Source: Trichormus sp. ATA11-4-KO1 (lineage in GTDB: Bacteria; Cyanobacteriota; Cyanobacteriia; Cyanobacteriales; Nostocaceae). Taken from it: DNA of 64,000 nucleotides. The stretch is taken from positions 79,297 through 143,296 of the forward strand of contig JAHHIM010000010.1 in assembly GCA_019358915.1 (NCBI GenBank), given 5' to 3'. A program made the position numbers and the translations under genes. The notes beneath the pieces are model-generated. The model was not told the origin of the DNA. It saw only the letters and a list, made by a program, of their open reading frames with translations, and made no database searches. Numbering within the stretch: position 1 is the first letter of the stretch; every line of letters begins with the position of its first letter. Positions 28,682 to 40,936 of the stretch are shown one piece after another.

Positions 28682-30637
28682 ATGATTTCTACTCAGCAGA
28701 TAATTTCTTGCATAAACCCAGACTGTACTAACCCCATTAATTCTGTGGGAGATCGTGTTTGTGCAAATTGCCAAACTCCCTTAGTTCACCGCTATCTCTG
28801 GGCTAGTGGTTCATTACCTGCCACACTCTCACCAGGAACTAAAGTGATGGATAGATATGAGGTAATTACGCAGCAGGTTTGGCTAGATACTCAGCCGGGA
28901 CTGTCGCCAACAGTACCTGAAGAGTTACCAAAAATAGTTATTCCTTACCTTAAGCTCTATCAAGAGCGCTTGCACCTACCTGAAGTTTATGGGTTGGTTA
29001 GTACCCAAGAAGGCGCAGATCATATCCTCTTACTGGAAAATGTGCCCATAGATGAGGTAGGACAGATTTATCCCAGCATTGCTGAAGCATGGGAGCAAGC
29101 AACGGCTGTCAGACAAGTTTACTGGCTATGGCAAATCCTGCAACTGTGGACACCTTTATTAGAGTTAGGCGTTGCCCAAAGTTTACTTGTACCAGAAAAC
29201 CTGCGATCGCAAGGTTGGTGTGTCAGACTTTTGGAACTTCACCAAACAGAAACCCAGCAGCCGAATTTGCAGGATTTGGGGCAGTCTTGGCAGTCTTTGG
29301 TAGTATCTGCAAAAACTCCAGTAGTCAGAGAACTAGAAAATATAGTCCAACAGATGTGTAGCTCTGAGGTAGAGTTAGATACCATCACTACTCAACTCAA
29401 TGCTTTATTACTTTCATCGGCGGCAGAACTGCCATTAAGTCTGAAACTGGCAGGGGCAACAGATATCGGCCCGGAATTGCGGCAAAATGAAGATAATTGC
29501 TACCCCATAGCATCTAGTGATTCAGATGACCCAATACTGCCACGGTTATCGATTGTGTGTGACGGCATTGGTGGACATCAAGGGGGTGAAGTTGCTAGTC
29601 AATTGGCTGTGCAGTCCCTAAAACTGCAAATTCGAGCCTTGTTGACAGAAGTAAGAGAACAAAATGAACTTGTTTCACCAAACTTGTTGCAAGAACAACT
29701 AGAAGCCAGCTTGCGGGTGGTGAATAATGTCATTTGCTCCCGTAACGATGAACAAAAACGCCAAGGTAGAGAACGCATGGCTACAACCCTGGTGATGGCG
29801 GTGCAAGTGCCACAACGAGTCTCAACAACCTCTGGCTGGCACTCAGACAATGCTCATGAACTTTACTTAGCTAATATCGGTGATAGCCGTGCTTATTGGA
29901 TAACTCGCAACTACTGCCAACTATTGACAGTAGATGATGTTGTCGCCACACGGGAAGTCCGCCTGGCCCGGAGTTTGTATCGTCCAGCACTTCAGAGAAT
30001 CGATGCGACTGCCCTCACCCAAGCATTGGGAACAAAAGATGCTGAATCCTTACGTCCTTGCATTAAGCGCTTTATTTTAGAAGAAGATGGCTTATTACTG
30101 CTGTGTTCTGATGGTTTAAGTGATCATAACTGGGTGGAACAATCTTGGCAAGATCACGCAATTCCAGTGTTAACAGGTCAACTTGCGGTTGAAGATGCTG
30201 TTCGCGATTGGATTAATTTGGCAAACGAGAAAAATGGTCATGATAATACTTCTGTGGTTCTGACTCTTTGTCGAGTGTCCAAAGAGTACCTAGTACCAGT
30301 GACGCAATCATCGCCGCCAGTAGAAATCATCAAAGTAGAAGAACCACAAGAACTAGAAGAACTAGAAACAGAATCTTCCTTTGCAGAAAGTTCTCAAGCA
30401 CTACTGGATTTGGATCTAACACTAGATTTAGATGTGACAGAAGCACCGACCCCCACTCCAGTCAAAAAACCAATTCGACGTAAACCTGTGGTGTTAATTG
30501 GAGGATTATTAGGTGTTCTCTTGGCGGGTACAAGTCTAGGATTATTTGCTTGGTGGCAAGTTAATCCTCAAGGTTTTCAGCAGATTTGTCGGCAACTTCC
30601 CCAAAGAATACAGCCACTGTGTCCGCCACAAAGGTAA
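28682..30637 (+). CDS. PP2C-family Ser/Thr phosphatase with N-terminal 4-Cys domain and C-terminal TM
   Basis: CINPDC...CANC, RQNED, CDGIGG, NIGDSR, CSDGL, GHDN. Confidence 0.88.
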   Translation: MISTQQIISCINPDCTNPINSVGDRVCANCQTPLVHRYLWASGSLPATLSPGTKVMDRYEVITQQVWLDTQPGLSPTVPEELPKIVIPYLKLYQERLHLPEVYGLVSTQEGADHILLLENVPIDEVGQIYPSIAEAWEQATAVRQVYWLWQILQLWTPLLELGVAQSLLVPENLRSQGWCVRLLELHQTETQQPNLQDLGQSWQSLVVSAKTPVVRELENIVQQMCSSEVELDTITTQLNALLLSSAAELPLSLKLAGATDIGPELRQNEDNCYPIASSDSDDPILPRLSIVCDGIGGHQGGEVASQLAVQSLKLQIRALLTEVREQNELVSPNLLQEQLEASLRVVNNVICSRNDEQKRQGRERMATTLVMAVQVPQRVSTTSGWHSDNAHELYLANIGDSRAYWITRNYCQLLTVDDVVATREVRLARSLYRPALQRIDATALTQALGTKDAESLRPCIKRFILEEDGLLLLCSDGLSDHNWVEQSWQDHAIPVLTGQLAVEDAVRDWINLANEKNGHDNTSVVLTLCRVSKEYLVPVTQSSPPVEIIKVEEPQELEELETESSFAESSQALLDLDLTLDLDVTEAPTPTPVKKPIRRKPVVLIGGLLGVLLAGTSLGLFAWWQVNPQGFQQICRQLPQRIQPLCPPQR

Positions 30638-30961
30638 GTGGGGAGTGTGAGAAGTGTGACCAATGACTAATGACTTAGGAATAGAATATCTATTTGTTGT
30701 AGAATTAGATTTATCGTTAAAGCGCACAGCAAAAGCAAAACGGGTTTTTTCTAGCCCGAATGTCGCTGACTAACCACTATTAAAGCCTGCATGGGCAGGC
30801 TTTGTTTGTATAGCAGTTACAGAGGCGTAAAACAGAGCTTCTATCCAAATGGAAGCTTAAAAGTGACTATAGAAAACAGTCTATTTTTCAAAAAAGCAGT
30901 TCAGTGAGAGATGCCTGTGGAGATGCTTGTGGAACAGCAAAAGCTAGGTGTAAATGTTGTT

Positions 30962-31183
30962 ATGAAAGTTGGCGATCGCGTCCGCGTTAAAGAGTCGGTG
31001 GTAGTTTATCATCATCCTGAGCATCGAGGTCAGGCTTGTGACATTAAAGGCACAGAAGGTGAAGTCATAGGGATTGCCACCGAATGGCAAGGTAGACCTG
31101 TAAGCGCTAATTTGCCGATTTTAGTCAAGTTTGGTAAAAAATTTAAAGCTCATTTGCGTGAGAGTGAGCTAGAAATAATCTAA
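30962..31183 (+). CDS. ftrV: Ferredoxin-thioredoxin reductase variable chain
   Basis: MKVGDRVRV...VYHHP...SANLP...FKAHLRESELE. Confidence 0.9.
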   Translation: MKVGDRVRVKESVVVYHHPEHRGQACDIKGTEGEVIGIATEWQGRPVSANLPILVKFGKKFKAHLRESELEII

Positions 31184-31188
31184 ATCAC

Positions 31189-31410
31189 TTACGAGCGGCG
31201 AAACCACTGCAAAATATTCAGTTCGCCGCGCATTTTTTTTACATCTTGGCGGTGCTGTTCTGCGGTTATGTAGTACCACTCGCAATGACGCTGAAATTCT
31301 GAGCGTGTGTGAACTTCTTGGTAAAACTGGTGAGTTGTTTGGTAACTACCAAAGGATTCCTCAACTTCAGGTTGAGAGGCAGGAATAATATAAGGTAAAT
31401 TTTTAGTCAT
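31189..31410 (-). CDS. Small conserved hypothetical protein
   Basis: 73-aa ORF with ATG start; FYQEV...HCEWYY. Confidence 0.6.
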   Translation of the reverse strand: MTKNLPYIIPASQPEVEESFGSYQTTHQFYQEVHTRSEFQRHCEWYYITAEQHRQDVKKMRGELNILQWFRRS

Positions 31411-31475
31411 AATTTTAATATTTAAAAATTAAAACTCTCCGACTAATGAAATTATAGCTATCAGTAAGGACTGAT

Positions 31476-31787
31476 ATAGAAACAATAAAATTACAAGCAC
31501 ATATTGGGGCAGATGGTATATTGCAAATCCAAACGCCCACCGATTGAAAAGATATTTCTGTTGAAGTGGTGGTGGTTGTGCAACCGTTACCCGATACAAA
31601 AGTTACCCTATCATCCGCAACCCAACCACGATATAACGCCTGGGGAAAGCCTACGACAGCACAATCAATAAATATTACGATTGCCAGGATGCAAGAACTG
31701 CGGCGAGAAGTGGCTTTGGATAAAACGTCAATCCGCTCCATGATTGAAGAGGGGCGAAGAATGTGGTATGTGCAATCGCTTCGTTAG
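31476..31787 (+). pseudogene. Antitoxin-like pseudogene (start ATA, internal TGA)
   Basis: AAGGA RBS then (I)ETIKLQAHIGADGILQIQTPTD*KDISVEVVVVVQP...IRSMIEEGRR; TGA at 31545. Confidence 0.6.
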
Positions 31788-32575
31788 AGCCAACCGCGTA
31801 AGCGATATACCAAACTGCCAATGTATTCTTTGAGGGCGTTAGTAAATTGGTGTAGGTTGTTGGTATCTGGTAATAAATTCAAGATAGCGGCTTTAGGAGT
31901 GCTGCGAATTTCTTGCAGTTCACCTTGGCTAACGAGAAAATCGGTAGGTGCAGCAATAGCCTTAATGCCTTGACGCTGGAAAATCTTTAGCGATCGCGGC
32001 ATATGCATTGCCGATGTTACCAACAATATTTGACTAATGCCACGAGATTCTAAAATTTTCTTGACATTAACGGCATTTTCATAAGTATTGAGAGAATCAG
32101 GCTCTTGGATAATCGCCTCAGATGGAATACCAATAGATGTCAGCACATCTGCCATATCTGCCGATTCTGGGGAACCCCCACCACGCCAGTCAATGCGTCC
32201 CCCACTCAAAATGATCATAGGAGCTTTTTTTTGACGATATAGTTGAGCTGCATAAATCACGCGATCGCCCGCTTCACTTAAATCCACAGTAGGTCTGGGA
32301 GGAAAGGCTGATTTTGTTGCACCACCCAAAACTACAATAGCTTCTGCATTGGGCATAGGATTAGGAGGGAGATATTGCCATTCGAGCGATCGCACTAGGG
32401 ATTTAGCCACCCAAGCATTACTACAAAAGAGCAATAAAATCAAGGCTATAGAAATGGCGATCGCTGCTGTGCGTGGTCGTTTCCGCAACGTTACCAAAGC
32501 CACGATCAAGCTGACACTGGCTAGCCCTAGAGGATAGAAAAATAGTGGCAGTAATTTGGAAAGATATAAAAACAT
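31784..32575 (-). CDS. YdcF/DUF218 family protein
   Basis: AIVVLGG, ILSGG, SLNTYENA, LVTSAMHMPRS, LKEYIG. Confidence 0.9.
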   Translation of the reverse strand: MFLYLSKLLPLFFYPLGLASVSLIVALVTLRKRPRTAAIAISIALILLLFCSNAWVAKSLVRSLEWQYLPPNPMPNAEAIVVLGGATKSAFPPRPTVDLSEAGDRVIYAAQLYRQKKAPMIILSGGRIDWRGGGSPESADMADVLTSIGIPSEAIIQEPDSLNTYENAVNVKKILESRGISQILLVTSAMHMPRSLKIFQRQGIKAIAAPTDFLVSQGELQEIRSTPKAAILNLLPDTNNLHQFTNALKEYIGSLVYRLRGWL

Positions 32576-32577
32576 AT

Positions 32578-32686
32578 TGGGGAGTAGGGAGTAGAGAGTG
32601 GGGAGAGGATGGGGGGATGGGGAGATGGGGGGAAGAACTTAATATTAGTAATCTCCCCTTGTCCCCCCATCCCCTCCGCCCCATAT
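32578..32686. repeat. Inverted G-rich/C-rich STRR tracts
   Basis: GGGAGTA/GGGGATG heptamers facing CCCCCAT tracts; similar blocks at 20620-20712 and 25933-26020. Confidence 0.65.
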
Positions 32687-33192
32687 TACCTTTCCCAAAA
32701 CCTGAAATTGAAGCTTCCAGAAGTACGACGATAACGACGGGTTAATCTTCTTCTTTGCCGTTTTGTGATCCTCTCTGCTCCAGACTGTTCACTTGCTACC
32801 TCTTCTGAAGTTGCAACCGGTAGCTGAGTTCTCGTTTCTTCCTTGCTTCCCCACCAAGCGGTAATCCAGCCTCCACCAATAGCGGCGATTCCACCCAGCA
32901 AAATACTCATAGGTGGAGAATAACCCAAAAATACAAAGCCTAATAGGAAAAATAACCAGTATTTGAGTCCTGCATCAATACCATCAGAGGAGGCTACAGT
33001 TGTGGGCTGGGGGCTATTTTTACTGGCATTGGTAAACCAACCCAAGACGAAACCACCTAAAATGCCTAAAAAGAGGCTCAGAGGTAGGGAAAAACCTGCC
33101 ATCGACAATATAAATATTAAAAATGCCCCAAATATCAGTTGAGAAAGGAAATCGGACGAAACAGGGGGAAATCCGTTATTGTTTGGTGCCAT
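32686..33192 (-). CDS. Hypothetical membrane protein
   Basis: Two similar TM hairpins and a basic C-terminus. Confidence 0.7.
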   Translation of the reverse strand: MAPNNNGFPPVSSDFLSQLIFGAFLIFILSMAGFSLPLSLFLGILGGFVLGWFTNASKNSPQPTTVASSDGIDAGLKYWLFFLLGFVFLGYSPPMSILLGGIAAIGGGWITAWWGSKEETRTQLPVATSEEVASEQSGAERITKRQRRRLTRRYRRTSGSFNFRFWER

Positions 33193-33204
33193 AAGATAAA
33201 AATA

Positions 33205-34749
33205 CTATTGGCGAATCAATTGTTGAAATTGTGCCTGTTGTGGTTTAGTTGTATCCCAAGTTTGCACGTAGGGTTTTTCTGCGTCGGTAAAAGGTTCAGC
33301 TTGCTGAAGTTGTGATGTTAATAAATCAACGGTAGCATCAGCAATATCACCACGGCGCTTGACAAGACGCTCTTGCAAAACTTCTAGGGGTGCTGTGCAA
33401 TAAATAATCTGAAGAGGAATTTGGTGTTTTTCAGCTTGGGCGATCGCTTCTTGTCGGAGCTTTTGTTGGTCATATTTGGCATCTAAAATTACATTAAAAC
33501 CTTGATTAGCCAGTATAATTCCCAAATCCAATAACCGTGCATAGGTTTTCTGAGTCATCGCTGGCGTGTATAAATCATCTCCACCACGTTCCCGCAGAGA
33601 AATTCCCCCTAAATGCTTTCGCACTGCATCTGAGCGAATCTGAATTGCACCCAATTGACGAGCTAAATATTTTGCTGTTGTAGACTTACCAGAACCAGAC
33701 AACCCAGACATTAAAATTAATTTTCCTTGTTTGGGTTTAGTGTACTCCCATGCTTGCTTGTAATAGTCAGCCGCCGTTTTTGCTGCTTCTTCCTTGGCTG
33801 TTGCTGGCACATTGGGGTCATCTAACAAAAAAGAAGTCACCTTGGCCCGGACATAAGCTTGACGGCTTAAATACAAAGGCAGTACCTGCAATCCTTCCCA
33901 ATCACCGGTTTGCTCAACATAGGTGTTTAAAAACGCATTTCCTAAGTCTTGGCGCTGTCGCGCTTCTAAATCCATCACCGTAAATGCTACATCGTACATC
34001 ACATCGACAAAGCGAAACGGCTCATTAAATTCAATGCAGTCAAAGAGGATAATTTTGTCATGCCACAGAGCAATATTTCTCAGGTGTAAATCTCCGTGAC
34101 ATTCACGAATATAGTTATTTTGAACTCTGCTAGCAAATAATTCTGGATGTGCTGCAAAAAAGTTATCTGTATATTGTTTTGTTTCTTCAAACTGTGACTG
34201 TGTTTGGGGTCCACCGATATACTTGTGAGTTTGCTGGTAATTTTCATCAATTGCCGCCCGTACTTGCGGCACTTCGCCAAAACTGCGAATATAATCATTA
34301 ATTGCAGCTTTAGCATGGTATTCAGCTACTACCTGCCCCAACTCTTCTAGATGAGCTTCAGTTAATTTACCTTGCTCAAATAATGTGGTGAACAGCAATT
34401 CTTGAGGAAACTGGCGCATTTTCAGCACATATTCTACAGCTTCTCCTGTTCCTCCTAAATGATATTGCTCACCGACAAAAGTCACAGGCAAAACTTCCAA
34501 ATACAGTTCAGCTGCTCCGCGTTGATTTAAACGCAACTCTTCCTGACAAAAATGTTGCCGTTTCGCTAAGGTAGAAAAATCCAAAAAGCCAAAATTCACC
34601 GATTTTTTTAGCTTATAGGCGTAATCTCCTGTAAGTAGCACATAAGAAACATGAGTTTGAATGAGTTGAATTGGTTCAGTTACTGCATGAGGATAAAATC
34701 CAGGCTGCAACATGTGCTGAATTAAAACTGAAAGATTGACTTCTGTCAT
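33205..34749 (-). CDS. Bifunctional APH-like kinase / AAA_33 P-loop protein
   Basis: QTHVSYV, ECHGDLHLRNI, FDCIEFN, GLSGSGKS. Confidence 0.88.
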   Translation of the reverse strand: MTEVNLSVLIQHMLQPGFYPHAVTEPIQLIQTHVSYVLLTGDYAYKLKKSVNFGFLDFSTLAKRQHFCQEELRLNQRGAAELYLEVLPVTFVGEQYHLGGTGEAVEYVLKMRQFPQELLFTTLFEQGKLTEAHLEELGQVVAEYHAKAAINDYIRSFGEVPQVRAAIDENYQQTHKYIGGPQTQSQFEETKQYTDNFFAAHPELFASRVQNNYIRECHGDLHLRNIALWHDKIILFDCIEFNEPFRFVDVMYDVAFTVMDLEARQRQDLGNAFLNTYVEQTGDWEGLQVLPLYLSRQAYVRAKVTSFLLDDPNVPATAKEEAAKTAADYYKQAWEYTKPKQGKLILMSGLSGSGKSTTAKYLARQLGAIQIRSDAVRKHLGGISLRERGGDDLYTPAMTQKTYARLLDLGIILANQGFNVILDAKYDQQKLRQEAIAQAEKHQIPLQIIYCTAPLEVLQERLVKRRGDIADATVDLLTSQLQQAEPFTDAEKPYVQTWDTTKPQQAQFQQLIRQ

Positions 34750-34871
34750 AAAAGTTTTGGATGAGATACTTACAGAAAAGGCAAAATTATAAATTACGTA
34801 TCTTTAAAGCGTATCGTTAAAGCGTAAAGCTCTGACGGGCATGGCTACGCTTTAGTCGTTGATAGCTTAAC

Positions 34872-34899
34872 AAAAAACCAGGGTTTAACCCCTGGTTTT
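34872..34899 (-). terminator. Intrinsic terminator after rplY
   Basis: AAAAAACCAGGG-TTTAAC-CCCTGGTTTT. Confidence 0.7.
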
Positions 34900-34953
34900 A
34901 ACAGCAATGATCACAAAGTTTAAGTGACAATAAAGACAAAATATGCGCTTGTA

Positions 34954-35253
34954 TTAGCCTTTAGCAAAGGCAAAAAAGCTCAGGTGATAGGGCGTACCCT
35001 TAGCTGGATGGATCTGAACTTCTCGTAGTACAGTTGTACCACTCCACTCAAGTTCAGGAATATTCAATTCAATCTCTGTTTTGTTAACAGCAGCCCTTTT
35101 GAGCAGGCGCTCAACGGTTTTTGCGTCAACTACTAGAGAAATTGATTCGGTACCTTTGTGACCGTACAAGTTAGCAGGAATAAGACCAGAACGGCGCAAA
35201 GCATTTGGCTTGCTACCTTCTGGGCGCTTTTGAGATTCGACTGTAATAGCCAT
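34954..35253 (-). CDS. rplY: 50S ribosomal protein L25
   Basis: [21 protein letters not shown]...HLSF. Confidence 0.93.
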   Translation of the reverse strand: MAITVESQKRPEGSKPNALRRSGLIPANLYGHKGTESISLVVDAKTVERLLKRAAVNKTEIELNIPELEWSGTTVLREVQIHPAKGTPYHLSFFAFAKG

Positions 35254-35319
35254 ATAAGTTATCAGTTGTCAGTTATCAGTTGTTTGTGTTTTCTTCGCGG
35301 GCTACTGAAACCCAAATAC

Positions 35320-36678
<1,359 letters not shown>

Positions 36679-36880
36679 TTATGAGCTAAAGTTTCCACAA
36701 ATTATAATTATCAACATATTTTGCGATTTTTGTCAAGTAATTTAGATAATCACGAATTTTGTTACCAAAAATAGGCAGGCGATCGCTACACATATAGTTG
36801 TTAATTCACAGGATAAACAAGCCAATATTTAAATATAACTAAAATGCTTTGCTAAAACCCTACAGGAGTTAAGAATTATC

Positions 36881-37516
36881 ATGATAGCTGTTAAAAATAG
36901 AGCCGATAGAGTGGTACTTTACAACATTAGCTGGCAACAGTTTGAAAACCTTTTGCAAGATTTGGGAGAATCCCGTGCAGCAAGAATAGCTTATGATTGC
37001 GGAACTTTGGAAATTATGACACCTTTACCAGAACACGAATATTATAAAAAAACTATCAGCATTGCTATTGAAGACATAGCTTTAGAATTAGATTTAAAAT
37101 ATGAAAGTTATGGTTCAACTACCTGGAAACGAGAAAGCCGCATGGTTGGTTTAGAACCGGATGATTGTTTTTATTTTCAAAATGAAGCAGCAATTAGGGG
37201 AAGACTAGATTTAGATTTAAACCAAGACCCGCCGCCAGATTTAGCGTTAGAAATTGACGTTACTAGTAAATCTTTAAATCGGTTTCCTATTTATGCGCGG
37301 TTGGGTGTTCCTGAAATTTGGTGTTATGACACTGGAGAATTAAGAATTTATCTATTGCAAAATGGCGAATATATAGAATCTGAAACAAGTTTAGTTTTTT
37401 CTGGTTTACCGATTCGAGAATTACCAAGGTTGATTGAAACTCATCGCAATGATGGGAGAAGGGTAATGAGAAAAGCTGTAAAAGAATGGGTGAGACGTTT
37501 TGGAGAAAATTTCTAA
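36881..37516 (+). CDS. Uma2-family protein
   Basis: ISWQQFE, GLEPDDCFY, PPPDLALEID, YARLGVPEIW. Confidence 0.9.
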   Translation: MIAVKNRADRVVLYNISWQQFENLLQDLGESRAARIAYDCGTLEIMTPLPEHEYYKKTISIAIEDIALELDLKYESYGSTTWKRESRMVGLEPDDCFYFQNEAAIRGRLDLDLNQDPPPDLALEIDVTSKSLNRFPIYARLGVPEIWCYDTGELRIYLLQNGEYIESETSLVFSGLPIRELPRLIETHRNDGRRVMRKAVKEWVRRFGENF

Positions 37517-37603
37517 TAATCAATAATATGAGATAGAACTCCAATGTATAAATTAACGGTTTGGTGGCTAGAACCGAAGAAAATAGCAATTTACTCTATA
37601 CTT

Positions 37604-38080
37604 ATGACGAATATTATTATTTCTAATCTTGATGATGAAATCAAATCTCGTCTCCAAAAACGAGCCGAAAAACACGGACGTTCCTTAGAAGAAGAAGCCA
37701 AAGAAATTCTCTATCTTGTTCTAGCAGAAAATCACGAACCTCCCTTGAATCTAGCTACGCTCATTGAACAGCGTTTTGCAAATTTTGAAGATTTTGAATT
37801 ACCTGAAATTCTCTATGGTATCGCCTTACTTCCTGGAGGAAAAAGACGAGATGAACTTAGTCAAGCAGCACAATTGATGTTTTCTGAAGATTTTGCTGGA
37901 CGTGTTCTTCCCCTTGACCAACTTGCTGCTGTAAGAGGGTTTAATAGGGTTTTTGCGTCAGTCCCTTATATTTTTGCCAAATTGGGATGCTCCCAGGAAC
38001 TAGGGACTAGTATATTTTACTCAGCACTCAGCACTCAGCACTTTTTCAAGTTAGGTAAGGCAGATAGATTTTTTATTTAA
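37604..38080 (+). pseudogene. Deleted FitA/FitB-like TA operon: RHH antitoxin fused in frame to an internal PIN toxin fragment
   Basis: MTNIIISNLDDEIKSRLQKRAEKHGRSLEEEAKEIL...ELPEI joined to LYGIALLPGGKRRDEL...FAGRVLPLD. Confidence 0.72.
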
Positions 38081-38125
38081 AACTTTTGTTACAATTAGTG
38101 AAATTTTTATTTACAAAATATCACT

Positions 38126-39169
38126 ATGGCTTTATATGCGGAGTTACATAGACACCTGGGGGGTTCCGTTGTTCCCCGTGTGTTGTGGCGATACTTTGAG
38201 CGCCATGCTACTGATTTAATTGCTCGTTTTGCTGAATATTCAGAATTTGAAGACTTTTATACCCGTCCTCGTAATACTTTAGATGAGTATCTAGAATTAC
38301 ACACCTTAGTAGAAAGTGTACAAACTGTAGAAACCTTACCTTACTTTATTTATCGCCTGTTGCGAGGAGCTTATATTTTTGAAAATCTGGCTTATTTAGA
38401 ACTGCGCTATACACCATATTTACGGACACCTGAGCATCTAAGTCAAACTGAGAGAATTGACAAGATGGCGGAAATTGTCGAGGTGGTAGGCAAAGCTAGT
38501 CACTTACCGGAATATCCTATTATCACTAGCCAAATTCTCTGTATGCACTCGCGCTTACCTTATGAGGTGAATCAGGCAATTATTGATTTGGCAGCGCAAA
38601 ATAAACAGTATGTTTGTGGGATAGATGTAGCTGGGGGCGATCGCTATTATGCTGAACGTTTAGAAGAATGGATTAGCTTGTATGAGTATGGGCGATCGCT
38701 TGGCATTAATACAACAGGACACCTCTACGAAACCACAGATGGTTGTTACCCCAAACTATTACCTTACCTGATGCGAATTGGTCATGGTATCCAAATTCCT
38801 TTGTTATCTCCAGAGTTACTTAAAGAAGTAGCTAGACGGGGACAGTGTTTGGAAGTTTGTCCCACAACTTACCTGAAGACAGGAACTTTACAGGATATCC
38901 GTCAATTGAAATTGGTTTTTGACCGTTGTTTTGAAGTTGGGGTAGATATTGCTATTTGTACTGATAACGCTGGGTTGCATAATATGCGTCTGCCGTTTGA
39001 GTACGAAAACCTTTTGACTTACGACATTATTAACTTTGAACAGTTACAAGCTTGTCAAAATGCAGCTTTCCGTCATGCTTTTGCTTGGCCTCACAATCAA
39101 CCTCCTGCATCTCTATTGAACAAATTACTGAAACCTGAACTGCCTAAAGTTTTGGTAATGACAGAGTAG
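38126..39169 (+). CDS. add: Adenosine deaminase family protein
   Basis: AELHRHLGGS, YLELRYTP, RIGHG, LEVCPT, CTDN. Confidence 0.85.
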   Translation: MALYAELHRHLGGSVVPRVLWRYFERHATDLIARFAEYSEFEDFYTRPRNTLDEYLELHTLVESVQTVETLPYFIYRLLRGAYIFENLAYLELRYTPYLRTPEHLSQTERIDKMAEIVEVVGKASHLPEYPIITSQILCMHSRLPYEVNQAIIDLAAQNKQYVCGIDVAGGDRYYAERLEEWISLYEYGRSLGINTTGHLYETTDGCYPKLLPYLMRIGHGIQIPLLSPELLKEVARRGQCLEVCPTTYLKTGTLQDIRQLKLVFDRCFEVGVDIAICTDNAGLHNMRLPFEYENLLTYDIINFEQLQACQNAAFRHAFAWPHNQPPASLLNKLLKPELPKVLVMTE

Positions 39170-39184
39170 TTGCAAAAATTAAAT

Positions 39185-39289
39185 TACAGCACTTTGTCAG
39201 GAAATGAAGTACAAGCCTAAAATTATAATCCTTGTGGGGTAGGCATCTTGCCTGCCCTTGCATACCTGATTTATATGAAATGTGCTGTA
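39185..39289. mobile_element. Degenerate MITE (TACAGCAC...GTGCTGTA) with an internal REP-like hairpin
   Basis: 8-bp perfect TIR extending imperfectly; internal GGGTAGGCATCTTGCCTGCCC. Confidence 0.55.
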
Positions 39290-39580
39290 TTTTCTTTTGT
39301 GGGGTGGGAATACCTATCCCACAGAGAAATTTTAGGCGTTGCTGATTGAAAATATGAATTGGTCTCACACTAGCAATTTATGCCTAAAAATTGTATTTGC
39401 TACCACAATTACCAAGTTTTTGAATCTGTAGACCAATGATTGACTGAAAAGACACCTCTTCAATACACTGCAACTAACGTTGAGTTTGTCGTTTTTGAAA
39501 GTTAGGCTACTTGTTTCTTCAATATGAATCTAGCTATTGCTAGATGCTGTAATTTACTCAAAAGCTGTAATCTACTAACT

Positions 39581-40936
39581 ATGGAGCCGAGAGATTTACC
39601 TGTGGATGTCATATTAAAGCGATCGCACGAATTAAAACAAGCCTTGGTCGATTTTGTCCTGGATGCAGAAGGCGAACTAGCAGCAGCATTGGAAACCTAT
39701 GCAGCAGTAAAGTTACGCCGTGGCAGTGGTGATAGTACACACCAAGATTTAATTGTTGATAGCTTTCTTGTCGAAGGGCAAGTTGGTAATCAGTCTCCCC
39801 TAGAGTTGTTTATTGACAGCCATCAAGATTTATCAGAGAGCGATCGCAATTTAATCAACAACTGGCATCGTAGTTTTATTGGCTTATTTGCCATCACCAG
39901 CATCTTACCTGATGGCTTTGAGTTAATGAACTGGCTTACAGATAAACGCTACATTGTCAAGTCCAATAATCCGCAAACATTACAAACATTATCGCGGTTA
40001 AAAGTCGGAGAAATCTTGCTCACTCGCATTTCTCCTGTTAACAGTAGCTACTGGATGTTTTCTGGTCCCCATACACTAATGGGTAAATTGGGTAAGCCAA
40101 AACTTGCTGTAGCAATTGGTAATTTTAAAGAAAATTATAAAAATAATCTTTATAGTGATGCGCCTGATTTATTAGAAGAAGCTTGGAAATCAGTAGAAAA
40201 ATATCATCAGCAATTTGTTGATTTTTTTGGTAGCGATGAAATTACATTACCAGGATATCAACTTAATAAAAAAATAGCTGAATTTCAAGAGTTACTCACT
40301 GAGCAAAATTTAGCGGCTGCGGGAATTGATTCGTCTAAGTCTTTGGCAGAAATAGCAGAAGAAGCTGGGGTTAGCGAAGAAGAAATACAAACAGCAGCAG
40401 CAGAAGTTGGTGCAGATTCAAAGGTAGTTTCTCAGCTTTTTAAAGGTGATAGTGGCAATGGTAAAAGCAAAATGGTAATGCCAAAAGTTGATTTACCTGC
40501 CGAACTCAAAAAAGCAGAACAGGTAACGGCTATTTCCCATCCGCGTTGGGGACAAATGTTTGTACAAACATATATTAGAATGCAAGAAATTCTATCATCT
40601 GAAGATGGGCAAAATATTGCAGGCAATGAAAAATTAATTCGCCACTATCTAGAAGATAAAAGTATTAATGCCTTTATTTGGCATCGGTTAGCCGAAAAAT
40701 ATCCAACTCAGCTAGAAAAGGTATTACAAAATTTTCTACAACGTCCAGAATTTAGCCTGAAAACTGACTTGGATTCCCTTTTACAAGAATTCGATAAACC
40801 TACAGAGCCAGATTTACCAGAAATCGCCAGTGTACCTATACATCTGCACAATTTATTTCAAGAAGCCATCACAGAAGTAAACAAATCAAAACCCAAAGGT
40901 AAGGGACAGAAAAAGTCTGCAAAGGGCTTTAAATGA
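39581..40936 (+). CDS. Conserved cyanobacterial hypothetical protein
   Basis: Long ORF (~450 aa) with HIP1 sites; start uncertain (39524, 39581 or 39602). Confidence 0.75.
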   Translation: MEPRDLPVDVILKRSHELKQALVDFVLDAEGELAAALETYAAVKLRRGSGDSTHQDLIVDSFLVEGQVGNQSPLELFIDSHQDLSESDRNLINNWHRSFIGLFAITSILPDGFELMNWLTDKRYIVKSNNPQTLQTLSRLKVGEILLTRISPVNSSYWMFSGPHTLMGKLGKPKLAVAIGNFKENYKNNLYSDAPDLLEEAWKSVEKYHQQFVDFFGSDEITLPGYQLNKKIAEFQELLTEQNLAAAGIDSSKSLAEIAEEAGVSEEEIQTAAAEVGADSKVVSQLFKGDSGNGKSKMVMPKVDLPAELKKAEQVTAISHPRWGQMFVQTYIRMQEILSSEDGQNIAGNEKLIRHYLEDKSINAFIWHRLAEKYPTQLEKVLQNFLQRPEFSLKTDLDSLLQEFDKPTEPDLPEIASVPIHLHNLFQEAITEVNKSKPKGKGQKKSAKGFK

